The notes under the pieces were generated by a model, which was not told the origin of the DNA, did no database searches, and saw only the letters and a program-made list of their open reading frames with translations. This document shows positions 11,452 through 21,736 of a stretch of DNA of 64,000 nt, one piece after another. The stretch covers positions 381,464 through 445,463 of the forward strand of contig VRVR01000006.1 in NCBI GenBank assembly GCA_009859145.1, read 5' to 3'. Made by a program: the position numbers and the translations under genes. The DNA comes from Andalucia godoyi And28. Its lineage: Eukaryota; Protista; Jakobida. Positions within the stretch are counted from its first letter, which is position 1. The number at the start of each line of letters is the position of its first letter.

Positions 11452-12240
11452 TCATGGGCCATTTACAACTGATGTGGACCGTTGGGGGTTCTTTGCAGTG
11501 TTGAATATCCCTCTTGTGTCGCGGTTGCAGACTGCGCATTTCAGAGTTGTCCGCGATCGTTGAAGTGCGCAAGCCTCGCAAAAGTAGTGTTTGCACTCTG
11601 TGACGACCATCGCCTTTGTGCTTGTTGCAAATACTTCTTTGCATATCGGACATGCAGCAGGCACCACCACATCATCATCATTATTGTAACTGCCAGCGAC
11701 AGAACGACCACCCAATGCTGATGCTGATGCTGATGCTGGTTTGAACATGCGGACATCCACCCCGACTCGATTCATCGTTCCGTGATGGCGATTCAGGCGA
11801 CTCCCTTCGTTTCCTTTTTGTTCTTGTTCTTGCGATGGTCTGCGATCTGACGAGTCCCCCCAATCGCGATCGAGCTGCCATCCTTGTTTGTAGTCTTCGC
11901 GGATGTGCGCAAACTTGCATGTGTCGCCCCACGGGCAGTATCCAGTGTCCTTGAAATCTTTGCACATATCCGGCTGATAATCCATGCGAATGCTCGTCCG
12001 AATTGTCCCTCGCTTCGACCCAATCACCACCGGCTCTTTTTCTGTTTCCGTCCCTTCTGTACGCTTGTCCGCTCCATTGTGAGGTTCCAACTGAACCTGC
12101 AGCTTGCTCAGCTTTGCCGCTTTTGCTGGAACTTCAGCAACATCACCACCGTCGCCGTCACTGCTTTCCTTGCCTGTGGGCTCATCACGCTCAACAGCAA
12201 TCGCACTCGTTCTCACCGCCGTCGATCGTTTCCGAAACAT
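11452..12240 (-). CDS. CWC24: Splicing factor Cwc24/RNF113 (CCCH finger plus RING)
   Basis: IRMDYQPDMCKDFKDTGYCPWGDTCKFAHIREDYKQGWQLDRDW and C-terminal CPIC..CKHYFCEAC..CAVC. Confidence 0.93.
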   Translation of the reverse strand: MFRKRSTAVRTSAIAVERDEPTGKESSDGDGGDVAEVPAKAAKLSKLQVQLEPHNGADKRTEGTETEKEPVVIGSKRGTIRTSIRMDYQPDMCKDFKDTGYCPWGDTCKFAHIREDYKQGWQLDRDWGDSSDRRPSQEQEQKGNEGSRLNRHHGTMNRVGVDVRMFKPASASASALGGRSVAGSYNNDDDVVVPAACPICKEVFATSTKAMVVTECKHYFCEACALQRSRTTLKCAVCNRDTRGIFNTAKNPQRSTSVVNGP

Positions 12241-12394
12241 TCCACCCAACAAGGGGAAACACTGGAGAAAGAAAACACGGACAGGCCTGAAACGGGGGGT
12301 TTCTTATCCTTTTATTCTCTTCTTGTTTTACAGTATATATTATTTTCTTTATCATTTTACATTATAATAACAGTGCAAGGGAAAAAGAAAAGAC

Positions 12395-13537
12395 TCAAGT
12401 TGGACTCGACTGGATGGCAGAAAAGTCGAGGAACGAGGCGAGTGGCCTGCGGAGGCTGATGGCTTCGAGGGGCGGGTCGTCCGAGTAGCCGACGCGGAGG
12501 ACAATCGCTGGGATCCTTGTGCCGAGCCCGAGGACAGTGATGAGTTCCTGGTTGAATGGCGATTCCTGGAGGATGGCCGAGTAGGTGTGGGATCGGATGC
12601 CCAAGTGGCCGAAGAGCAGGAGGAGGTCCATGTACAGGAATCCGACCTCGACCATGCTCTGGGGCGATTGGTCTTCTGCATACAGGACGACGAATCCCGC
12701 GACGGCTTCGACCTTGATTTTTGAGTCCGGGACAGAAAACCCTGCAAAGGTCGTTGACGCCATGAATGACTTTGTGAAGACGGTGTAGAAGAGGTTGCGC
12801 AGAAACCACGGGATGCCAAGTGCCTCGGGCGTGAGTCCTGCCTGCGACGTTTTGGCGGCGGAAAAGCTGTTTGTGATCCAGCGGGACAGCTCTTTCTGCT
12901 TGCCGCTGTCCTTTGACTGCTTCTCAAACGCGCGAAACGATCCCTGTGCGATCCACCGCCCTTCGTCCGAGTCCGCTGCATAGTACAACACTGCCGGCGA
13001 GAGCTCTGTCATCGCACGCACGTGACTCTCGAGAAGCGGCCGCTTGCTGTCGTATGCCCGGCGGTCTGTCGTCCGAGTCGCAAGCAGCTGCAGCGTCCCG
13101 GTGTCCTGCGTCATCAAGTCCGCCGGGGCTGCCGGCGGCGCAAGGACAGCCACGCGGACGACGTCCGTGTCGACGGCAGACGTGGAGATAATCTCATAGT
13201 TCACCGTTAGGCCCTTTGCACGCCCTGCCAGAACGACAGACTGCAAAAATGCGCCGATGGAATGAAGCATTTCCCGGTTGTGCGGATCAGTGTGCGGAAT
13301 CACGCGCGAAGAGTCGATCTGGATCACAAAGGACCGCCGGCCCGTAAGCCTGACTTTCCATGGCTGCACATTGTGCGACGACGGTGCAAGAGAGCCGTAC
13401 ACCAGAAGATCCGCAACATCCTCATCAATCTTCGCCGCCGACTCCGCATCCAGCGCACGAAGCTCCGACCACGGCAACCGCTTCGAAATGAATCCGCCGC
13501 TCAAAATCACCGGATAACTCTTGATGAACTGGAACAT
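12395..13537 (-). CDS. Acg-family FMN-binding nitroreductase-like protein
   Basis: APSSHNVQPWKV, REMLHSIGAFL, RTTDRRAYD and a C-terminal LRVGY, giving the two-lobed Acg architecture. Confidence 0.85.
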   Translation of the reverse strand: MFQFIKSYPVILSGGFISKRLPWSELRALDAESAAKIDEDVADLLVYGSLAPSSHNVQPWKVRLTGRRSFVIQIDSSRVIPHTDPHNREMLHSIGAFLQSVVLAGRAKGLTVNYEIISTSAVDTDVVRVAVLAPPAAPADLMTQDTGTLQLLATRTTDRRAYDSKRPLLESHVRAMTELSPAVLYYAADSDEGRWIAQGSFRAFEKQSKDSGKQKELSRWITNSFSAAKTSQAGLTPEALGIPWFLRNLFYTVFTKSFMASTTFAGFSVPDSKIKVEAVAGFVVLYAEDQSPQSMVEVGFLYMDLLLLFGHLGIRSHTYSAILQESPFNQELITVLGLGTRIPAIVLRVGYSDDPPLEAISLRRPLASFLDFSAIQSSPT

Positions 13538-13547
13538 TCCCTATTCT

Positions 13548-13595
13548 CTTCTTCTTCTTCTTCTTCTTCTTCTTCTTCTTCTTCTTCTTCTTCTT
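13548..13595. repeat. (CTT)16 microsatellite just upstream of the Acg start codon
   Basis: Direct observation. Confidence 0.95.
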
Positions 13596-14096
13596 TTGAG
13601 GCAGTGTCCGGCGTTGCTGTGTCCAAGGGTACTCTCGAGTGTGTGCGCTCTCCTTTTGAAATGGTCCACGGAGAGAAGCTCGGAGTGTTTCTCTGTTCTG
13701 CTTGTCGGAACTCGCAAGTCCGACAATTGGCCATTTCGAGTTCCCTCTGGTCCTGACGACATTCTTTCGAAGAGTTGATGCTAGCCACCTGGGACGCCCT
13801 CCCCAGCAACCGTCGTCATTCCTCGACGTCCGGGCGTTTCTCTTTTTCCGTTTTGTCGTTGAGAGTTCTGTTTTTTTTTTTTTTTGGGTATTTTTCTTCC
13901 TTTGATTTGTTGGGTATTCTCTTTTCTGCCTCTGCTTGGATCTTTGCTCGTTTACCCCCACCTCAATCAAGGATCAAACACAAAGCTAAAAAGGAAGGAA
14001 AAGAAGAGAGAAACAAGAAAAGGAAGGGGAGGAAGGAAAAAAAAAACAACAACAAGCAAACAAAAACACAGAAGCAAAAGGAAACAGCAGAAGGAA

Positions 14097-14417
14097 ATGG
14101 GAGGCTGTATGTGCAAGTGTTGTGGATGCTGCGGCGGAGCGTCTCTTGCGGTGCAGGGAGTTCCCGAGAAGGGATCGTCGTTTGTGGTTCGGTATTTCAG
14201 CGCCAATCCGCAGTCGGGAGATTGGATCGGAATTTTTCCTGTTTCGGCTGTCGGGTCCTCGGGATATCTGTCATGGACATCCATTGATGCCACGCAGAAA
14301 AGCGGTACCGTCACAATGACCGCTCCCTATGACACCGGATCCTACGAGGTCCGGTACATTTCCAATGGGGCAAGCGGAGAACAGGTCGTCACCACCCGCG
14401 GATTCAAGGTCGTCTAA
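14097..14417 (+). CDS. Small predicted lipid-anchored protein with SKICH-like beta-sandwich
   Basis: MGGCMCKCCGCCGG (N-myristoyl Gly plus Cys cluster), then DWIGIF and GSYEVRY motifs. 106 aa. Confidence 0.7.
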   Translation: MGGCMCKCCGCCGGASLAVQGVPEKGSSFVVRYFSANPQSGDWIGIFPVSAVGSSGYLSWTSIDATQKSGTVTMTAPYDTGSYEVRYISNGASGEQVVTTRGFKVV

Positions 14418-14513
14418 AACACGCCCGTGTCTGCTGTTGCACGGATTGTTCGAATTCAGTTTGTGAAAAACATTAAACAAAATTAAAAAGAAGAAAGGAA
14501 AGAATAATACCGC

Positions 14514-14713
14514 TGCCACTTATTGCGAGATGATGAAGCAATCTAGAGCGCATGTAAAACATAAAAACACTGCCACGCGCCATGCCGCATGCTTTTGTTA
14601 TCTTCACAACACCGTCCACACGATGCCCGATTCGTTTCCCCCCATTTTGATCATGAAATCCCTATAACATACGCCGCCGCGTTGCATTATGCATGTTGTT
14701 GGGCTGCAACATG
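14514..14713 (+). repeat. Dispersed repeat family A, copy 1
   Basis: Aligns co-directionally with 39032-39354, for example the shared cacacgatgcccgattcgtttc and cattttgatcat. Confidence 0.85.
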
Positions 14714-14906
14714 AAAAATGTAAATAATAGGTAAATCAAACACGACGGGCGACTGTAGTTAGCTTCCGATATGTTGTTTTTGTTTGGTGTTCATATACAC
14801 AAAACAGTCAGTCCTATCATTTCCTCTCGTTTTTTTCAAACATATTTGAATTTTTTTTTGCTCCTCTTCTCATCAAGACATATATACATATACACGCGGA
14901 TCCTAT

Positions 14907-16424
14907 ATGGTGTACACGAAATGGTGGGATTCTTCTGCGCTGGAGGAAATACAGGTGGTTTCTTCGCATTCGGTGATTTCGAAAGTGAGACTGAGTGCGA
15001 ACTGCATGGACCAGGCATTTCGGAGAGTCGCAGAAGGATGCACGCCGTTCTTTATGCTCGGCTCGGTTGCACAATCGCGATCGCGAGAGACTGAGCATGT
15101 TCAAGAACTTGTGCTGGACCGCGTTGATGCTGGAATCAATCTTGCTGAACGCGGATGGGAACCTTCGTTTCGGATGGATTATGAAATCCCGTGCTTTGTG
15201 TCCTCCACATTTTCATCCACTCTTTCATCATCTTCACACTCGTCACCGAGCCAGGAGGGACTTGATGTGCTCTCACTGTCTTCCGTCATGTACAAATCAC
15301 CACCGAAAATTATCGCATTGTCTGCCACGATCCAGCATGAGGAAGACCCGCAGTCACACCGCAGCAGCGGCGATCATCGTCTTCCTCTTCTCCGTCTGTC
15401 GGTTCGATTGCTTCCTTTTGAGTTTTCGCTGAAACGAATTGCTGCGATTCCGCTCGATGCACCGTCTGCGGCGGCTTCCTTCTCGCCGAACTTGCTTTGT
15501 TTTGGATTTCTGGCCTCGGACTCGGCTGCGCGGAAGTTATCGTGCTTGAGCGTGTCGAGTCCGCAGCGAGCAACGGCTGCTGCGTTGTGTGGCGTGTGGA
15601 TCTCTGGGACCGCATCGACGACACATCCGTCGGTTCTCGGTTGGATGTCCTTCTTTTCACTGTCCACAAGACTCGCGAATCGGACAAATGGGCCCTGGAT
15701 CCTGGTGCTGGCGCAAAGTGCAGTTTCGCACATGTGCTTTGAGTTTTCATATCGCCCGCTGAACTCAGGGTTGCCAGTCGCGCACGAAGTTCTACTCCGT
15801 CCAAACGAGTCCTCGTATGATCTTTGCCCGCAGTCGCCAAACGAAGGTCTCCACACAGATTCCGAGCAGTCGAATCGTAATGAACCGCAGCAGGCGCGTC
15901 TGCCGTGCAGTCTGGAGATCCCAAACGCGAGCTTCTTCTTAGCTCGCATCAAAGAGCTGGAGGAAATCGTGCGACACCAGCGACTGGAAATCGAGCAACT
16001 GAAGATGCAGCAGTGCCAGACACGTCCCCCGAATCCTGAGGTCGCTTCCGCAGCAGTAGTTCCAGGATCACCAATCGTCACCTCTGCTGTCGGGCACGTG
16101 GCAAAGTGCTCCGAAGATGCAGTTCCGAACATACGCCATACTGCAAATGCGGCGCGAAGGAGGACTCCATCTCCAATCTTGTCTGACGTGTCGTCTGACG
16201 TGCCAGACGAGATGTATGCATCGCAGTCGGACGATGACACTTCGATTGCGGACAGCCATTCTGTGCTTCTTCCGAGCATTCGCAGTGGCGGTGTCAGCGG
16301 GTCGAGTGCTTCTGCAAGTCTGGTGATTCCAAAAATGGTGGACGACTGCCCTGTGGACAATCTGGATGCCCTGCTCGAACCAGATACGATTGATCTCAAA
16401 TACATGGGAATTCGATCGCGATAA
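14907..16424 (+). CDS. STIL: STIL-like centriole assembly protein
   Basis: FFMLGSV..LVLDRVDAG..DYEIPCFV and FGFLASDSAARKL..LCGVWISG resemble the STIL N-terminal domain. A central coiled coil follows, then a C-terminal IPKM..EPDTIDLKYM (STAN-like). Confidence 0.7.
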   Translation: MVYTKWWDSSALEEIQVVSSHSVISKVRLSANCMDQAFRRVAEGCTPFFMLGSVAQSRSRETEHVQELVLDRVDAGINLAERGWEPSFRMDYEIPCFVSSTFSSTLSSSSHSSPSQEGLDVLSLSSVMYKSPPKIIALSATIQHEEDPQSHRSSGDHRLPLLRLSVRLLPFEFSLKRIAAIPLDAPSAAASFSPNLLCFGFLASDSAARKLSCLSVSSPQRATAAALCGVWISGTASTTHPSVLGWMSFFSLSTRLANRTNGPWILVLAQSAVSHMCFEFSYRPLNSGLPVAHEVLLRPNESSYDLCPQSPNEGLHTDSEQSNRNEPQQARLPCSLEIPNASFFLARIKELEEIVRHQRLEIEQLKMQQCQTRPPNPEVASAAVVPGSPIVTSAVGHVAKCSEDAVPNIRHTANAARRRTPSPILSDVSSDVPDEMYASQSDDDTSIADSHSVLLPSIRSGGVSGSSASASLVIPKMVDDCPVDNLDALLEPDTIDLKYMGIRSR

Positions 16425-16552
16425 TTTACAAATGACACATTCGGTAAAAACGGCATCAGAAGACGTTCAGGAATGGCCCAAGGAAACGAAATTTGCAAGG
16501 AAACGATGAAGAAAAGGAAAAAGGAGAAGGGGAGAGAAACAAGACAAGCATG

Positions 16553-19500
16553 CTACGAAAATGGCTGTTCGCCAGTCAAGGTGCAAAAGAGTTGCTGGAG
16601 AGTCTTGGAAACGGTCACATATTTCTCGTTTTCCGCAGCCATCTGCGCAAGAACGGCTCGACTTCGACGAAAACGCAAAGCAGACAAGTCTGCAGAGGGC
16701 CGACTAAGCGGGGGAATGTACTGCTTCGCTGGATCACGTGCGGATGAATTCAACCTCTGCACAACGTCCATTTCATCATCATTCAGGAATAGGAGCACGA
16801 ATATGCTGCCCGTAATCGACATCGTAATGGCGCCGCTCCGCAGAGTTCCCAGACAGTCAATGTCGATCTTGCGCATCCGACCACATGCTTCTCCAACATT
16901 AAAATACTCGGACTCAGCGTCGCCAGCGATGGGAGACGCGCGAATCGAGCCCAGTTTGTCCGTATGCAAAAGCCATCGTGCGGAATCTAAAAACACCATA
17001 TCGAGAGGGACACTCATTCTCTTGAAATTAGCAACCGTCTTTGCTTGTATTGGAATACCGGGCAAACTGCTCTTTGCGAGTTGCAGGACGCTCGTCCCTG
17101 CGAACCGCGAAGAAATGGCAACGGTCGATCCCGAACTTCTCATCAGTTCAACCTCGATTGTCGGAGGACTCACTCGGAACTTTGACGAACCTCCGTCGCC
17201 CATATTATTGCCGCCGCCGTCATCACTTCCGCTGCTAGCGACAGACATTCCAAATATTCCATCATCTGTGGAAAATAATATAAACGCTTCTTCTCCAAGT
17301 GAGACGCAACAGAAGCCATCCACACGAACAACCGAGTCGTATTGTACGAGAGGCCTGACGATGCCGTCGCCAAGATTGATAGAACGTGTCTTCAGTTTGA
17401 AGTCGTTCGTTTCCACTTGTAGGAGAAAGGAAAACACAAAACATGCACTGTCTCCTATCCGAACGGGAGGGTCGCTGAAAGCCAGCAACCTGCCCTCGCA
17501 CGTTTCCAGCCGTTGCCATGAGGCAGAAGGATCCGTTCTCAGATAAAACACGGTGGAGTTCGACGCATCATTGTAGCTCGACAGTATCATGGCACCACCC
17601 GGAAATGGAAGCAGCCTCCTGAGCATGCCATCAAAGCAGATGTCCGATTCTTCTTTGGTAAGATGGAGAGATTGATCCACCGATAACAACAGAAGTTCCC
17701 CGGATTCATTGACCAGTGACAACACCGTGTCCGCGCTGTGTCCACAGTAGCCAGAAAAAGGAAGCAGCGACGGGCTCGAGCCGAGTGAAGGAATCAGAAG
17801 CGACGAGAAAAAAACCCGGTCGTCGAACAAGTGCCCAATCCAAAAGGCACCACAGTACGCAAAGCACCGCCCCGTAGTGTAGTCCGCAACGAACAGTGAA
17901 ACGGGGTCCGAGCCGAGCACAGAAGTATGAACGACAGAAAGATGCGTTGAAGATTGATCCAGAGACAACTCCACAACAGCCCCGTTTCGCAGCCCAACGA
18001 GGACATGAACAGACTCGGCGCCATCGAACAACTGTGCAGAGTGCGGAATGAATGAAATCAGAGCGTCGTCCCGCTCAGTGTCCGCCACAGGCACGGGACA
18101 CACACCTTCTGCGATTACTTGCACATTCGCCGAGACGCGTGAGAATTCAAGAAGAAGCACGCGACCCGAGTACGTGCAAACAACGCCGAAATTCCGTCCA
18201 TGTTTCTTCGACAAGTATGAGTGCATGCATGAAATTTCAGCGTCCGTTTCTAAACATGCAGCCAGAGAAAAGAAGACAGTCGAAGACGGGACAGAGGGAA
18301 GAGAGCAGTAAAACAGCTGTCGAGGATGCTTCGCACACGACAGTAAGACGGAATTGCCCAACACGCACGAGTGCTGGAATGCATAATTCAAATCGTCAAA
18401 CTCAAATCGCTGTCCACTGAAAAATGCAACACTAAACCCAGACCGGAATACCTGCACGCAGTATGTCTTCATTGCACAAAAGCTGATCGAAGCCACCTCT
18501 TTCCGTATCAAAACGTTTCCCGTGTCGGACATGACGTCACCAGACAGACGCAGCAAGACGCTATCAGATACGAAAGACACGAGAATGAAAACGTCACCTT
18601 CCGATGCTGCGCTGCAAAACACACCGCTGCATAGTTGGAACTCTGGAAGCGACCGAGACAACTCCAGCGCACAAAATGCTTTTGAAAGGCTTGTCAATCG
18701 CTCTGCACCGGGCACAATGGAGAGGTATTTCGGAGACGCATTTTGCCGGAGAATTGCCTCACCGGAAACCGCAAAATCAACAACAGGAGGACAGCTCCCC
18801 GATTCCGACACGATGCTGAATGTTGTGATACTCGCAACCGGATGGACCGAGGGATTAAGAGAACTCAAAGCGACCGAATTGGAAAAACGATCAAAAACCA
18901 TCATTGTGTCCGTCATGGCTGATACACGGCATCCGAATGAAAAGTTCTTGCAATTCAAATCAATGCGACGACGGGGCTGCAGCTGCGGTACGCTGTTCCC
19001 GGGCACAGTGCCCACCGTAACTTCCACGATCTTGCCATCGGCGTACAACAGCACAAATGATTCAACAATAGCATTCTCTGTCGGGGCGTACGAGGTGTAA
19101 GAGAGCGGGGCATCAAGATAGCACTCGAATGGAAAGCACTCCTCCAGAACGCCACAGTCTAAGTGAAGTGCTGCTTGAATTACACATGGATCTTGAATAC
19201 ATACGAGATAGAGGACCGTAGAACTGAAGGAAAGAAGATAATTGGAGATGCTTCGAAGCGGGAAAAGAAATCTCGGAAACGTGGCATTGTCCTCTTTCCG
19301 GACCGATGGAAATGGGACTGAAGAAAAAGGCATGAGACTGGAGTCCGCGGGTAAATACATCATCACATCAAGCGACACGACCGGAATGCCAATGTGCGGT
19401 CCAATCAACGTCGTGACCGCACACACACAATCCGAGCCCTCGGAAGCATACAGCTCGACGTTTGGAATGCGCTGCATCGTGTGAATGCATCGGGAAGGAG

Positions 19501-20029
19501 AAAAAAGGTCGGTTGCCGATGCTAGTCCCGCACCAGGCGAGCTAAACTCAAATTCTGGCCATTCAGACGACGGTTTCAAAATGTCCACGTGACGCATGTG
19601 GAGCATTGAGCTGTACAAGAATCCCTTGGAGAGAGGCAGAATCGAAGTGCAAAATCGCGTTCTTGACGACTCTGCGATCGCAAGCGGCGATACGCAATGG
19701 ACTGAAACTTGCAGAGTCCTGGCGTCGATTGCCAAAAACCACAAATCATGACTGGTAGCAAGCAGCACTTGAAACGGCAATGTTGCATACCCTGCATCTG
19801 GTACTTGTTGCATGCACGACCTCAAGATTGCGCTTCCGGCATCCACGGACTCCAGAGAAACAAGAGAGTATCGCGCAGACAAGTATCCGACGTGAAGCTC
19901 GGATCGTGTGGTCCATGCAAACAGAGGTTCTTGCCGAGGACTCGTCGCGGGGTCAACGCACAAATTGACACACCAAGTCACAGCAGGAGAAGAATGCACT
20001 CTCAACAACGCAGGCCGCAGAATTGTCAT
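16553..20029 (-). CDS. Divergent DDB1/SF3B3(Rse1)/CPSF160-family triple beta-propeller protein
   Basis: PPVVDF; GVF..DVFILVSFVSDSVLL..VQVFRSG; LVGLRNGAVV; VLGSDPVSLF. 1158 aa single ORF. Confidence 0.75.
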   Translation of the reverse strand: MTILRPALLRVHSSPAVTWCVNLCVDPATSPRQEPLFAWTTRSELHVGYLSARYSLVSLESVDAGSAILRSCMQQVPDAGYATLPFQVLLATSHDLWFLAIDARTLQVSVHCVSPLAIAESSRTRFCTSILPLSKGFLYSSMLHMRHVDILKPSSEWPEFEFSSPGAGLASATDLFSPSRCIHTMQRIPNVELYASEGSDCVCAVTTLIGPHIGIPVVSLDVMMYLPADSSLMPFSSVPFPSVRKEDNATFPRFLFPLRSISNYLLSFSSTVLYLVCIQDPCVIQAALHLDCGVLEECFPFECYLDAPLSYTSYAPTENAIVESFVLLYADGKIVEVTVGTVPGNSVPQLQPRRRIDLNCKNFSFGCRVSAMTDTMMVFDRFSNSVALSSLNPSVHPVASITTFSIVSESGSCPPVVDFAVSGEAILRQNASPKYLSIVPGAERLTSLSKAFCALELSRSLPEFQLCSGVFCSAASEGDVFILVSFVSDSVLLRLSGDVMSDTGNVLIRKEVASISFCAMKTYCVQVFRSGFSVAFFSGQRFEFDDLNYAFQHSCVLGNSVLLSCAKHPRQLFYCSLPSVPSSTVFFSLAACLETDAEISCMHSYLSKKHGRNFGVVCTYSGRVLLLEFSRVSANVQVIAEGVCPVPVADTERDDALISFIPHSAQLFDGAESVHVLVGLRNGAVVELSLDQSSTHLSVVHTSVLGSDPVSLFVADYTTGRCFAYCGAFWIGHLFDDRVFFSSLLIPSLGSSPSLLPFSGYCGHSADTVLSLVNESGELLLLSVDQSLHLTKEESDICFDGMLRRLLPFPGGAMILSSYNDASNSTVFYLRTDPSASWQRLETCEGRLLAFSDPPVRIGDSACFVFSFLLQVETNDFKLKTRSINLGDGIVRPLVQYDSVVRVDGFCCVSLGEEAFILFSTDDGIFGMSVASSGSDDGGGNNMGDGGSSKFRVSPPTIEVELMRSSGSTVAISSRFAGTSVLQLAKSSLPGIPIQAKTVANFKRMSVPLDMVFLDSARWLLHTDKLGSIRASPIAGDAESEYFNVGEACGRMRKIDIDCLGTLRSGAITMSITGSIFVLLFLNDDEMDVVQRLNSSARDPAKQYIPPLSRPSADLSALRFRRSRAVLAQMAAENEKYVTVSKTLQQLFCTLTGEQPFS

Positions 20030-20432
20030 AGCTCACTGCTATCCACACCCTCCAAAAATATCAAAAAACAATAATATTATAATAATGAATATATTTGAAA
20101 TCCAAAAAGATAAGTGATTTTTTTAAAAATTAATAATGAACAAAGAAAAAACAAAAAACCAACAAAAATAAAAGACACGAGAAAAGCACGGACTCGAGCA
20201 GCCTCAAAGATGCGCTTCCCGCCATTTTTCTCTCTCTCTCTACTCCCCACAGCCTCCTCCCATTTCATTCATTTCATTTATTATTTTCAGGACTTGCTTT
20301 TGACACTTGCCCTATGTGTAATATTGTTTTTATATTTGGTTATGATATATGTAATTTTTCTTCTTCTTCCTCCTTTTGAAAAGACTCATTCATTTATTTT
20401 CGGTGTTGTTGTGCGAACTGCAAGAGACAAAG

Positions 20433-21542
20433 ATGGATGCGTTTCAAGCTGCTAATGCGCGACTAGCCAGCAGTTGCGCAACGTTCCAAAAGGCGGCCGA
20501 GTCGTTGCATTTTTCAGCGGTCGAGAGCAGCCATGTGCTGAAACGAATTCCAGTGCAGCACAAGCGTTCGTTGATCCCGGAATCTACGCTTGCCGGGATC
20601 CGAGAGAGCATATCGTCGAGTGCAAAGACCAAGTTCATGCTGATTCACGAGCGCGTGTCACAGGGACTGGTGGAGTTGCAATCGGAAATTGAGACGTTGG
20701 AGCGCAAACGGAGAAGGATGAGCGATGATGTGCGGGTGGAAGTTACTCGATTTGTGGAAGACAGGAACGCATCTCTTGCGTCGCAAATTCATGCATCCAT
20801 GGAACGGCAGCGCGATTTGCGAAGTGCGCTCAACGAGCTTGAAGCAGAACTGCATCATTTGAGGCAGTTTATTCTTCCGGACTGGAGACAAAAGCTGGAA
20901 GAAGCTCCTGGCCCCGTTCAGCAACGCAAGGCCGCGCTCGATGGCCGAAGAAATCAAGTCAACCAACTCAAAGAACGATCCGTCGCCTTGGATCACGATG
21001 TGGCTGCAATCCAAAAGGAGATTGAAGATCGCAAAGCGGCACTGCGGCAGAAAGTCGAAGTCCGCAAGCAAGTTGTCTTGTCGACGCAGCAAAAGCTCGA
21101 CTCTTCTCGACAACAGGCAGACATTCTGCGTCATGATTTGGAATCCAGACTTCCGGCTTCCGACGACGCGATGGTACAGATCGTTGAGCAGGGATTGAAG
21201 CAGGAAATTGCCAATGCGGAAGCCAAGTTGCAGAGATGGTCGTCCAACGCAAGTGAAATGGGAAACTCTCCACAAGGGCTTTCCGCACTCGTTCGCCTCT
21301 TAGCGCCATCTCCTGCAATTTCTCCGGCTCTGAGTCGCCTGTTTGATTCGCTGATTCAATCGGAAGACGGGCGGGTGTCGCTTGAGACCATGGCAGCCCA
21401 GACGGGATTCACCCAGGCTGCATTTCAAGACGCCCTCGATGTGCTGCAGAAATGGGGAATCGTGGGTTCACGGGGGACCACTGTCTTTCTTTCGGACTCG
21501 TTTTCCAAGACCCTAGAAGCAGCATCTCCTTCGCCGCAGTGA
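20433..21542 (+). CDS. Coiled-coil protein with Spc19 (DASH/Dam1)-like N-terminus and winged-helix-like C-terminus
   Basis: LASSCATFQKAAESL..RSLIPESTLAGIRESI resembles the Spc19 pattern. Long heptads follow, then a C-terminal GRVSLETMAAQTG..ALDVLQKWGIV. The CDS is secure; the identity is tentative. Confidence 0.55.
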   Translation: MDAFQAANARLASSCATFQKAAESLHFSAVESSHVLKRIPVQHKRSLIPESTLAGIRESISSSAKTKFMLIHERVSQGLVELQSEIETLERKRRRMSDDVRVEVTRFVEDRNASLASQIHASMERQRDLRSALNELEAELHHLRQFILPDWRQKLEEAPGPVQQRKAALDGRRNQVNQLKERSVALDHDVAAIQKEIEDRKAALRQKVEVRKQVVLSTQQKLDSSRQQADILRHDLESRLPASDDAMVQIVEQGLKQEIANAEAKLQRWSSNASEMGNSPQGLSALVRLLAPSPAISPALSRLFDSLIQSEDGRVSLETMAAQTGFTQAAFQDALDVLQKWGIVGSRGTTVFLSDSFSKTLEAASPSPQ

Positions 21543-21736
21543 GGTGGTGTCCACTATGTAAAAAACCACGAAAATTTGAAACGAAAAAAAGGCGAGAAAA
21601 GAGAACGCTCATTCAGTACAGCACAACAAGACGAAACGAAAAGGATAGTAACGACCAACACAGAAAAAAAAAAAAAAGAAAAGAAAAGAAATCATTAAAA
21701 AAATTACAAAAATAATAATAAAGGAAATCAATGCAT

